From NCBI GenBank assembly GCA_000965745.1, contig CP009479.1, positions 1,120,001-1,184,000 of the forward strand: a stretch of DNA of 64,000 bases, in the 5' to 3' direction. Position 1 is the first letter of the stretch. Every line of letters begins with the position of its first letter. The position numbers were made by a program, and so were the translations under genes. Below the pieces are notes generated by a model that was given only the letters and a program-made list of their open reading frames with translations, was not told the DNA's origin and did not search any database. Origin of the DNA: an uncultured archaeon. Lineage in GTDB: Archaea; Thermoplasmatota; Thermoplasmata; Thermoplasmatales; Thermoplasmataceae. Of this stretch, positions 9,408-17,854 are shown in pieces.

Positions 9408-10124
9408 TTAGATGGAGATTACTCCACTCTCATATTTTGCAGACGTGTTATTGCTGATTGCGTTGCTGACAAAAGGAGATGCAAAGGACATTATAGATGG
9501 AGACGGACTATTGACTGTATCATCAAAAGAATATTGATAATTTGCCAGTGTTATTGATAGTATAGCACCTGCTGGAACGTTTATCTGTTGTCTATTCTGC
9601 ACTATCCATCCGTTCCCTATTTCAAAATAGTTAGTGTTGTTGAGCCAACTTCCAATATTAGATGGTGCTGCTGAAAGATTGACTACGCTAAATGTCTCAT
9701 TCCCTGTAGTAGCATTCCGTATAACCTTCTCAAATACCATAGAAGTATTGCTATTGTTCAGATTATAATAGAAAAATTGTCCATGCGTGTAATTAGTAGT
9801 TATGGTCAGATTCACCGAATAGTTCAGAGTATTTTTCATACTTACTAGATATACGTTATACGGAGTGTCGATTGCGTGCCCCCAAGAATCGTTCATCGTA
9901 ACTACTATGCTTGTATTGTTTACTGCATAATTCCGCAGGCTCGATGTGAACCACGTATGGTTGTTGTAGCCTGTTACCTGAAAGCTGGGGTCAACAATGC
10001 TGCCACTGATGAAGTACTTGCTCTCCAGTGTTTTTTCTATGTTCTTGCCGAAGGGCAGGAAGGCGACAGTCAGCACGATTGCAACCACAACTACTGCGAA
10101 TACAGGTAGTATTTTCTTGTTCAT
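9408..10124 (-). CDS. Membrane-anchored/secreted Asn/Thr-rich surface protein
   Basis: Basic N-terminus + hydrophobic helix; many N-x-S/T sequons. Confidence 0.75.
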   Translation of the reverse strand: MNKKILPVFAVVVVAIVLTVAFLPFGKNIEKTLESKYFISGSIVDPSFQVTGYNNHTWFTSSLRNYAVNNTSIVVTMNDSWGHAIDTPYNVYLVSMKNTLNYSVNLTITTNYTHGQFFYYNLNNSNTSMVFEKVIRNATTGNETFSVVNLSAAPSNIGSWLNNTNYFEIGNGWIVQNRQQINVPAGAILSITLANYQYSFDDTVNSPSPSIMSFASPFVSNAISNNTSAKYESGVISI

Positions 10125-10725
10125 GTTATCATCCTCTTATTATTATTCAGGACTTAAATGCGAAATGAATAGTGAATCAATTGTATTGAAGGCAATGATT
10201 GGAAATATTAAAATCCTTGTACCGTTATTGAAATACCATTCAACAATTTCCAAAGCCTTTTATATAGCATTTCAGCGAAAGATGTTCAGGGGCATTCCTA
10301 TTGTTATTCCATCATGCCCGTGTGTTTTTAACTCTGCTTCAGGAAATGACAGTAGAAAGGTACCCTCAAGAGATGAATGTGGAACCTCTATTTTTCAGAA
10401 TCTTTGACTCGTCGAAGGTTTATTCCTGCCATATTTTACCTTTGCATTCCATTACGATATAATTCTCAAATCCCAATTTTGACGTGGATGAACAGGTCTT
10501 TGAACGGGCATATGAACTTGGAGAAACTGCAAGGTCTCCTTGCTGACATCCTCTCTTTTTTTACTAGTTATACACCACGATTCTACACCAGATTTAATGT
10601 TCAAAATAACCAGTATTTGACAACAAATTCTCACAGTTTTAACCAATAGAACACATACCTGACACATATCTGAAAAATACCTGAGGAAATATATGTTTAT
10701 ATAGATGATTTGATTCTATATATTA

Positions 10726-11364
10726 ATGCCAAAAAGCAAGCATTATCCACCTTCCTACATAAGGTATCAGATAGAACATCCTCCTGTTACAGTTCATCTC
10801 AGCAAGAAGGTCAAGGAGAACCTGGATGCCCTCAAGGGAAACAGGTCGTATGCAGAAGTTATCAATGAAATTCTCGACAGAACATTCAACCTTGAACACG
10901 AAATAAAGAGACTCCCAGTCAATGAAGCGGTTATATCATATCACAGAGGTTTTAGAGAAGCTGAATCAAGATATGCACAGTGGGGCGTCTGCAAGAAGTG
11001 TGGAAGAGAATGGACTCTCTGGAAAGATGGGAAATGTGATCTCTGTCACAAAGAAGGATCAAGCCCAGATTATTCATACTTCAGGGACAGCGAATCCACT
11101 AAGGTGGTCAATGAAGAGGACTTTGAGAAAGCAAAAGCGAAGCTGCCAAGACTTGAGAGACTGTCATACGAAAATGGTAAAAAGAAAGGGCATGAAGATG
11201 GCTGGGCTGACGGCTACGATGAAGCCATTGAAGATTACAGGATAACATACCCCTGCAAGGTTTGCGGAAAGGCTATTGTGATGAAGACTGGAGATAATGG
11301 CCATAAGGCGATGATCGAATACATGAAAGAACACGGCTGGTCCCATTCAAGTTGCCTTAAGTAA
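10726..11364 (+). CDS. RHH/CopG-like DNA-binding protein with two Cys-rich Zn-ribbon modules
   Basis: VTVHLSKKVKENLDALK..RSYAEVINEIL; CKKC..CDLC and CKVC...H..C. Confidence 0.65.
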   Translation: MPKSKHYPPSYIRYQIEHPPVTVHLSKKVKENLDALKGNRSYAEVINEILDRTFNLEHEIKRLPVNEAVISYHRGFREAESRYAQWGVCKKCGREWTLWKDGKCDLCHKEGSSPDYSYFRDSESTKVVNEEDFEKAKAKLPRLERLSYENGKKKGHEDGWADGYDEAIEDYRITYPCKVCGKAIVMKTGDNGHKAMIEYMKEHGWSHSSCLK

Positions 11365-11407
11365 TGCAGTAAACGGAAACATTACCAACCTTCAAGAGGG
11401 AAGTCTT

Positions 11408-13471
11408 TCACTCACTTGCGATGCTTTCTATTTTGCCCTGATCGATGCATTCTTTGACAAAGGGACTTTCTGGATACCATAGAACGATTTCTCCTTCCTT
11501 GTAGACATGACCCATATGAGCGAACGTTTTCATAACCCTGTACGGTCTGTTGGAAGAGTTTTTTTGTGAGTCGGCATCTTTGGGTAACGGATCAACGAGT
11601 TCTGTCGTTACCGAACTTTTTCCCGCGTTCTCTAAGGTAGATTTCACATCGGTAACGTCGCTGTACCTATTTCTCTCATACTCTGGACTGGAACCATCAT
11701 GCTGCAACATGAGCTTCCCATGGTTACCATTTCTCTCCCGCTCAAAACTGGACAGATCTTTTTGCGGTAACGTCTCAATCTTATGATCCGTTACCACATC
11801 GTTCGTGACAATTATTGCAATGTCCCGCCATGCCCGTAGAGGTGCAGAGTTCCCAACCTTCTTTTGTACTGTCAGGTTGGCGTACCCTTTGGAACTTAAG
11901 GCCCTACCAAGTGCCTTGGAATCAACGTTTTTGGCTGGAAATCCTTTCTTGGTTGCCCAATTAGCCGCTTCGGTCAAAACATCCTGCTTTATTGTGGTCA
12001 GATACTCGGCTCCATCTTGGCTTATTGTCAGGTATCTCGACTTCTGTTCCCTGCTCATTCCGATCTCTAGGAACTTTATTTTGGCATCCTCAAGGTCTGT
12101 AAGTATAAGCCCCTCTGAATCTTTCACCTTCAAATAAGAGGCGGCGGGGTTTGATCTCTCTTCCCATTTGGCTTCTGCATCCATCACATTTAGGTGGCCT
12201 GTGAATTTCATTCTCTTCACGAGAGGTGCATAGAAGTTATCTATCACATACGAGAAGATTGCATCAAGCTCACTCCCTTCCTTTAGGCTTCTTGCAATGG
12301 AATCAATTTCACTCGGGGAAAGCACGGACTCAAGCATGTTGGGAAAGTCAATTATGGTTATCACTCTCCTGTAGAAAGCCCTCAGTTCATTCTCTTTTTC
12401 AGGAAGCTCGTTTGTGTCTATGATCATCTTTGCGTGGCTCTTTATTTTGAATGGGTGACCGTTCTTGCGATCCACTGTAATTTCCGTGCCATCAGTCAAC
12501 CGCTTGAACCATTCTGATGTGATGATCTCAGTTGTGCTTTCACTAATCAGGTTAGCCCATGAACCTGCCAGCTCTGCCCTCTTGAATTTGTCCGTCTCGA
12601 GTTCACCCAGACTGATGGACGAAGTCTTATCAAGGAGAAGGCCAATTATCAAATGTATTATTGACTTTCCTTCACCTCCTTGGCCATATAACACAACTGC
12701 ACCTTGTATGTTGTAGTTCTTCATCAAAGTCCAGGCAATTGTCTCGAACAACTGCGTAGTCTTCAACTCTTTTTCTGGATCGCCTGAAAATACTTTGTCT
12801 AAGAATTCAAAAAACACCTTTGGCTTTGATCCTTTCACGTAATTCCTCGGAATGAATTCTGTATAGAAGTAGTCTGGACTGTGCCTCGTTGTTTCTCCGC
12901 TGATGGGATGTAAGAGACCTTCACGTATTGGTATCGTGTGTTCGGGTAGAGGCATCAGCTCCTCCATTGGCACACCAATTTCCTCTGGACTGCTGATTCT
13001 TGTGGAGTTCTTGATAGATTCGACCGCCGATCGTATCTGAGAGGGCGTTATCCTGCCAGGCTCCTCCAGGTTTGTCTTAATCAGTCCCTCGGCATCTCTG
13101 AGCCAGTGGGTACCAACGAATTGGCTTACGGTCCCGTCCGAACCCACATATTCAGTCTTGACATTTGGATAAACACTCATGTAATCCTCGGCACATAAGT
13201 GTGGTACAAATTTAGGACCTTTCTTTGTTTCAACGAACCAGGAATCAGGATTGAGGTCATCAGACCTCTGTTCTGGACCAGAAATAGCTTCTATTTTCTC
13301 TCTAATTATTTTCTTCAGGTCATTCCTTTCGAGCTTATGCCATAGTCTGTTAATACCAATATTTCTAAGATACTCTGAGTCTGGCGAAGTATCAAGAAGG
13401 TCAGACAGTGCGCAAAAGAGAGCGTAACCTTCTAGCTCGTCGAAGCTTACGTTATGGTCCTCGCCAGCCAT
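11408..13471 (-). CDS. D5/P4-family SF3 replicative helicase (phage/plasmid primase C-terminal family)
   Basis: D5_N-like IPIREGLL...HSPDYFYT; Walker A YGQGGEGKS; LAGSWANLISE; motif C TNELP; FYRR. Confidence 0.88.
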   Translation of the reverse strand: MAGEDHNVSFDELEGYALFCALSDLLDTSPDSEYLRNIGINRLWHKLERNDLKKIIREKIEAISGPEQRSDDLNPDSWFVETKKGPKFVPHLCAEDYMSVYPNVKTEYVGSDGTVSQFVGTHWLRDAEGLIKTNLEEPGRITPSQIRSAVESIKNSTRISSPEEIGVPMEELMPLPEHTIPIREGLLHPISGETTRHSPDYFYTEFIPRNYVKGSKPKVFFEFLDKVFSGDPEKELKTTQLFETIAWTLMKNYNIQGAVVLYGQGGEGKSIIHLIIGLLLDKTSSISLGELETDKFKRAELAGSWANLISESTTEIITSEWFKRLTDGTEITVDRKNGHPFKIKSHAKMIIDTNELPEKENELRAFYRRVITIIDFPNMLESVLSPSEIDSIARSLKEGSELDAIFSYVIDNFYAPLVKRMKFTGHLNVMDAEAKWEERSNPAASYLKVKDSEGLILTDLEDAKIKFLEIGMSREQKSRYLTISQDGAEYLTTIKQDVLTEAANWATKKGFPAKNVDSKALGRALSSKGYANLTVQKKVGNSAPLRAWRDIAIIVTNDVVTDHKIETLPQKDLSSFERERNGNHGKLMLQHDGSSPEYERNRYSDVTDVKSTLENAGKSSVTTELVDPLPKDADSQKNSSNRPYRVMKTFAHMGHVYKEGEIVLWYPESPFVKECIDQGKIESIASE
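11583..11795. repeat. Six GGTAAC(G/C) iterons in dyad symmetry; putative replication origin
   Basis: Motifs at 11583+, 11606-, 11651+, 11722-, 11766+, 11789-; both outer pairs have 16-bp spacers. Confidence 0.7.
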
Positions 13472-13477
13472 GCTAAA

Positions 13478-13657
13478 TCACTTGTTTCGATCGGTGGCTC
13501 CTATTTCCGATGTGAATGCTTCTTTAGCAGGACTACCTTTGTTTTGACTATCTGCCGCTTTCTTGGTATTGGTCGTTTCCTCATATATTTTAGGATCCGA
13601 CAAGAGGTCTTCACCGATTATCTCCTTCCATAGCTCGAAAACCTTTGCCCAGCTCAT
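13478..13657 (-). CDS. Small hypothetical protein (59 aa)
   Basis: MSWAKVFELWKEIIGEDLLSDP...; ATGA-coupled to upstream ORF, ends 6 bp before helicase start. Confidence 0.6.
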   Translation of the reverse strand: MSWAKVFELWKEIIGEDLLSDPKIYEETTNTKKAADSQNKGSPAKEAFTSEIGATDRNK

Positions 13658-13800
13658 TTTAGAGCCTCCACAATGAGCTTTTCTGCAGAATCAGAAATCC
13701 TCACATACTGGGGAAAATCGTTAGTTCTCACCCAATCTATGGGAAGTTCTATCAAAGCATATTCTCTCCTCCTTGTCACCTTACGAATCACATCAATCAC
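13654..13800 (-). CDS. Small AbrB-like regulator (about 48 aa, GTG start)
   Basis: IRKVTRRREYALIELPIDWVR...VRISDSAEKLIVEA pattern of swapped-hairpin proteins. Confidence 0.55.
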   Translation of the reverse strand: MIDVIRKVTRRREYALIELPIDWVRTNDFPQYVRISDSAEKLIVEALK

Positions 13801-13821
13801 AATAATATATAGAAACTAAAC

Positions 13822-13849
13822 ATTTAAATCATAATATTGAGTTACTCAA
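13822..13849. promoter_or_regulatory. Palindromic TATA (ATTTAAAT) between divergent genes plus operator-like palindrome TTGAGT-T-ACTCAA
   Basis: TATA centre about 26-28 bp from both start codons; 13-bp palindrome 13837-13849. Confidence 0.55.
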
Positions 13850-13852
13850 CTT

Positions 13853-14938
13853 ATGGAAGGAAAATTAAGTATGAACCAACTTAAGACTTTGAGCTCCCTT
13901 TCCTCACCAGAGAAAAACTGGCATGGCGCCCCAGAAAAAGGATTCTCAGAGATTAAGGAGTGGTTCTCTAAGAATAATCTGAGTATTTCAGATAATGGAC
14001 TCTCTAAAATACTGATCAAATTGAGAGAAGGCGGCTATGTAAAGAAATTTGTAAATTCTGAAGGAAAGATGAAATACAGAATCACCACTTTGGGTGCAAA
14101 CCACCTCCAGAAATACTACTGGCCTTTGATCGACACCCTATCCATTATGGATAGGGAAAAATCATTATATTTTATGTTCTCTCATTTTGGTTCGGACTAT
14201 CATTATATAGAAGAACTTGGCCAGCGTCCTGGAACCTCATACGTATCCTATTACACGGTACCTTTACCCAACGAATTTTATTACAATATGTTATCCACCA
14301 TGGCTGTTAAATTAGTGTCGGGCGAACTGGACAATATTATACCTAATGGAAAATGGGATAACAGCGATGAGAGACATGATATCTACTTAACGACTCATTA
14401 CAATCTTGCAGAACTAAATGAGGTTGCAGAAACCTTTTGGCAATTATGGTCTCATGCCCATTCGGACATTGAATCTTTAACTGACATTGTGGCACATTTG
14501 ATCAGCAACAAGAGTAAGTGGATTCAAAGGGATCTCTTTTCCTCTATGGCAACAATGCTAGTATCTACTTCTGTATGGCTGATGAACAAAAGTGAGGATG
14601 CAGAGATGCAAAATAGAGTGGAGGAGCTTGATAAGAAATTAGGTGAGATCTTCCTTAACAGAATGGACTTGACATCAGACTTGGACAAAGAGTTGATCGA
14701 AATATTTATTGAAGATATTGAAGCTGAAAAAGACCCGCTTGAAGATGAGAGAGTTATGAGAAACAAGTTGATATTGGAACATGAATATGAAGGTTTCAAC
14801 AGCTATATGATACAGGATTATGTTAGAGGAGCCGCGATTAAGAAAGGAGAATTAGACTTTATTGTGAAGGCAGAAAACTATCTGAAGGGGACACAAGGGA
14901 TTCTCATAAGGACTCTGATGTATCAACAAGGCAAATAG
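13853..14938 (+). CDS. Winged-HTH regulator with large unknown C-terminal domain
   Basis: GFSEIK...ISDNGLSKILIKLREGGYVKK...KYRITTLG wHTH signature. Confidence 0.75.
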   Translation: MEGKLSMNQLKTLSSLSSPEKNWHGAPEKGFSEIKEWFSKNNLSISDNGLSKILIKLREGGYVKKFVNSEGKMKYRITTLGANHLQKYYWPLIDTLSIMDREKSLYFMFSHFGSDYHYIEELGQRPGTSYVSYYTVPLPNEFYYNMLSTMAVKLVSGELDNIIPNGKWDNSDERHDIYLTTHYNLAELNEVAETFWQLWSHAHSDIESLTDIVAHLISNKSKWIQRDLFSSMATMLVSTSVWLMNKSEDAEMQNRVEELDKKLGEIFLNRMDLTSDLDKELIEIFIEDIEAEKDPLEDERVMRNKLILEHEYEGFNSYMIQDYVRGAAIKKGELDFIVKAENYLKGTQGILIRTLMYQQGK

Positions 14939-14954
14939 AAAATTCATAGGTGTT

Positions 14955-16124
14955 CTAATTGTCATAATTAGAAAGTAGATCATGCTGGATTGTATTGCTT
15001 TCCTTCTTACTTTTTTTTCTGGTGTTATGCTTATGCTTCGAGAGATGCATTAAAAGATTGGCTTTCTTCTTATCGACTGGATCTGGCATTTCGTCAGGCT
15101 TAATCGAGTTTAGATTATCAATAAGCTTTTTTATATCATTTCTAACCTTATAGGTCCCTATCCCTCCTTGTTGCCTTGTGACTAGATTTGAGTCCTCCAT
15201 TATTCCAAATAATTCTTCAGCGTATTCTTGGGAAACCGTGACTTCGTCATTCTCAAAAGCCCCGATAATGGCGGAAATCGCGGTCGATTTCGTAAATTGT
15301 GAGCTCGGGCTAAGAAAGAAGTCTGATGTCTTCATCAGAAGTATTATGTTCACATAACGGTCGACTACTTCAGGCTTGGAAAGTCTGAAAGTTGACTCTA
15401 TGTGCTGGCTTCCGTTAATAAGCCATCTTTTAAGTCTTTCACTATCGTTAACGCAAAAATTGTTTGAAGACTCTGAGCAATTTGTCCATTTGGAAATACC
15501 TGACAAATTACCGTAGGCATATTTTATTCTATAGTTAGAAATCCCTTGAGCTATATTTATCCCCCACAAAATAGTCTTACACTTGGGTAGACTGAAGTTC
15601 TCATCGCTTACTCTTGCGTCAATACCATTAGATTGGTCTAAAGTCAGTTTAAGAACACTGGTTAAATCATCAAAAAGATCGCTGTATGAGAACACAACGA
15701 ACTCAGATGAGCCTTTGACGTATTGCTTTCCATATAACCAATGTAGGCGATTATGGCTAAATAGTTGCTCTCTTTTCTTCTGGTCTTCCATTACCAGTTC
15801 AAAATCCGTTTTCTTAGAGCATATGTCTTCCCAGATCTTCTTAACTCTTCCATTCGACTTCACTTCAATGAAAATAGGCTTAACAGATCCATTTTCGAGT
15901 TCTTGTTTGTCACATAGCATGACGTCTATGGAGCCCTTAATCCTTTTATCAGGATGTAGAATCTCTGTGGCAACAAAAGCATGCCCGTGTCCTTCGTCTG
16001 ACGTGAATGCATCAACAAGATACCCAACGAGGTAGGAATGAAGGTAAGGTCTTCTAAGTTGATCATATAATATCTCTAATACATTATAGTCGTACTTAGA
16101 TCTTCTTTGCTTGCTCTTGCCTAT
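14955..16124 (-). CDS. PD-(D/E)xK nuclease-domain protein (probable non-AUG start; ORF track starts at 15920)
   Basis: Frame open upstream of 15920; ATE...GSIDVML...FIEVKS motif straddles the called ATG. Confidence 0.7.
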   Translation of the reverse strand: MGKSKQRRSKYDYNVLEILYDQLRRPYLHSYLVGYLVDAFTSDEGHGHAFVATEILHPDKRIKGSIDVMLCDKQELENGSVKPIFIEVKSNGRVKKIWEDICSKKTDFELVMEDQKKREQLFSHNRLHWLYGKQYVKGSSEFVVFSYSDLFDDLTSVLKLTLDQSNGIDARVSDENFSLPKCKTILWGINIAQGISNYRIKYAYGNLSGISKWTNCSESSNNFCVNDSERLKRWLINGSQHIESTFRLSKPEVVDRYVNIILLMKTSDFFLSPSSQFTKSTAISAIIGAFENDEVTVSQEYAEELFGIMEDSNLVTRQQGGIGTYKVRNDIKKLIDNLNSIKPDEMPDPVDKKKANLLMHLSKHKHNTRKKSKKESNTIQHDLLSNYDN

Positions 16125-17194
16125 CCTATCACCGTCGCTTCCTTGATGTTTTCCCCTTCATCAATCGCTGAATATATTTGCACAGCACGATAACTGTCGC
16201 CTTTCAACGTGGTAACAGTCGCATAGTTGTTCGTAATCGTCAAGGAGTAGTGACCAAAGTTTATCCAACCTTCTGCCCCTTCTCCCTGGTAAACTATATA
16301 GGCTGTAATCATCCAATCTTCCCGCTTGTCCATTATAACTACTATGGGCCTCTCCATCCTGATACCCTGTGGAGGTGGGGCAAGAGAAGCAACAATCTTG
16401 TCAAAGTAGTTCTGAGTGTCGATTTCTTTGTCAAATTCTATCAAGACCTTCTTCTTAGAAGATAAATTACTTTCTGTTGGACTTGTAAAAATCGCCTTAC
16501 TAGCTTGGGTAAAAATATGCTTGCTGGTTTCACTAATCTCGTCTAGCAACTCATTAAAGAATTCAATATGTTTTGTAGGATTCTCCACTAGTAATATTCC
16601 ATGGTGATGAATCTCAAATTCATCTGTCTTGTTTGTCTTCAAGGAAAAAGTCGCCCTATATGGCTTCAACCCCATCTTCTTGTCTTGGTCAAGTCTTTGA
16701 AGTATGTAATCTAAATCTGAATGGTCTTTGAAGTACGATTGCAACTGTTTCTTTCCAGCACGGTACTCCCTCAGAATGTAATTATCATATTCCGTCTCAA
16801 GAATGCTGAACATCTTGCTCTTTGTTACGAATACTGGGTAAATTTCATAAAACCTAAGCTTGTACGCAAGCAGTTCAATATCACGTCTTGATTTTACAGT
16901 CCCAAAAGCTAATGAGAGACCCGTTTTGTTCCTTAGTAGAACTATATCTGTATGGTCCCTCAATGGCCCATCGATAAAAGACACTCGAACCGCTCGTTCT
17001 GAGACTTTTTCCTTCTTAAATTGACCACTGGTTGATTGTCTTTTTTTCGCCTCTATTACGGGGGAAAAAAAGAAGGATCGAAACTTCCCCCTATCTTCAC
17101 TGAGGAATTCTATATCACTCAACTTAAGAATTGACATCATAGCATCATCTTTACCTGGAATACCAGACCATGAAAAGTCTTTTGCACTATCCAA
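16121..17194 (-). CDS. Hypothetical protein, partner of downstream nuclease
   Basis: 357-aa ORF whose stop overlaps inferred nuclease start; no motif recognised. Confidence 0.75.
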   Translation of the reverse strand: MDSAKDFSWSGIPGKDDAMMSILKLSDIEFLSEDRGKFRSFFFSPVIEAKKRQSTSGQFKKEKVSERAVRVSFIDGPLRDHTDIVLLRNKTGLSLAFGTVKSRRDIELLAYKLRFYEIYPVFVTKSKMFSILETEYDNYILREYRAGKKQLQSYFKDHSDLDYILQRLDQDKKMGLKPYRATFSLKTNKTDEFEIHHHGILLVENPTKHIEFFNELLDEISETSKHIFTQASKAIFTSPTESNLSSKKKVLIEFDKEIDTQNYFDKIVASLAPPPQGIRMERPIVVIMDKREDWMITAYIVYQGEGAEGWINFGHYSLTITNNYATVTTLKGDSYRAVQIYSAIDEGENIKEATVIG

Positions 17195-17477
17195 TTAGAA
17201 ACTCCCCTATTTTGAAAAGTACCAAAATTCTCCCTAGAGGCTGAAGCTATTTTTTCCATCAATGAGTGAACTATCATATTCACAATACGTTAATTGTAAT
17301 ATAAATATATTATCTACATCAAATTAATTTTCAATGAAATGCAAGCTGATTATTAGAGATCCCATCTAGGTAATAACTTGAAATAGTGGATCATAAAGTA
17401 TAAAATATGGTGAGAATATTATATCATACAACAAAAATTATTTGTAGAAGCCGTAGAGCACTGGGTTTTTATTTAAG

Positions 17478-17552
17478 TGCTCCGGTCGGGATTTGGACCC
17501 GAGTCGAGGGATTGAGAGTCCCTAATGCTTGACCGTGCTACACCACCGGAGC
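17478..17552 (-). tRNA. tRNA-Glu(CTC)
   Basis: GCTCCGG/CCGGAGC acceptor stem, AGGGA-CT-CTC-AA-TCCCT anticodon arm; T-loop reads TCCAAAT. Confidence 0.9.
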
Positions 17553-17601
17553 AGTGGAGCGAAATAACCAATCAGCATTTATTTCTTTTGCCTGTGGGAA
17601 A

Positions 17602-17766
17602 TTAGGACGGCCAGAAAACTTTTGTGAGCTCAACAACGATGGCCATTGCTATTCCGATGTATATAACAAGTTTGGGGTCCAGCGCAGGTCCGTTTATCTC
17701 TTCTTCTTCAAAGTACCTTATTAATCCGGCTCCTGACTGGAATCCTTCTCCCTTCTTCTCGGCCAT
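17602..17766 (-). CDS. secG: Preprotein translocase subunit Sec61beta
   Basis: FQSGAGLIRYFEEE...LDPKLV + TM helix. Confidence 0.9.
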   Translation of the reverse strand: MAEKKGEGFQSGAGLIRYFEEEEINGPALDPKLVIYIGIAMAIVVELTKVFWPS

Positions 17767-17854
17767 CGCCACTCCAATTGAAACCAACGATTTAACCTTT
17801 TTCTATTTGCATTTGCGTGCCTAACAGATTGGGTTACACCGTTTAATCTGAAAA

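Larger units (their letters stand above)
1..17477. mobile_element. Integrated element / defence island adjoining the 3' end of tRNA-Glu (left boundary outside window)
   Basis: Abrupt switch from housekeeping genes to SF3 helicase, regulators, RM-like genes, IS and pseudogenes exactly at the tRNA 3' end; visibly more AT-rich; no integrase or second att copy seen in window. Confidence 0.75.

Noticed and set aside
9997-10667. Short ORFs 9997-10407, 10377-10649, 10452-10667
   Set aside because: Mutually overlapping and not protein-like; the region looks like decayed sequence
17195-17477. Searched for an integrase fragment or att repeat beside tRNA-Glu
   Set aside because: Only AT-rich non-coding sequence; no second copy of the tRNA 3' end noticed in the window
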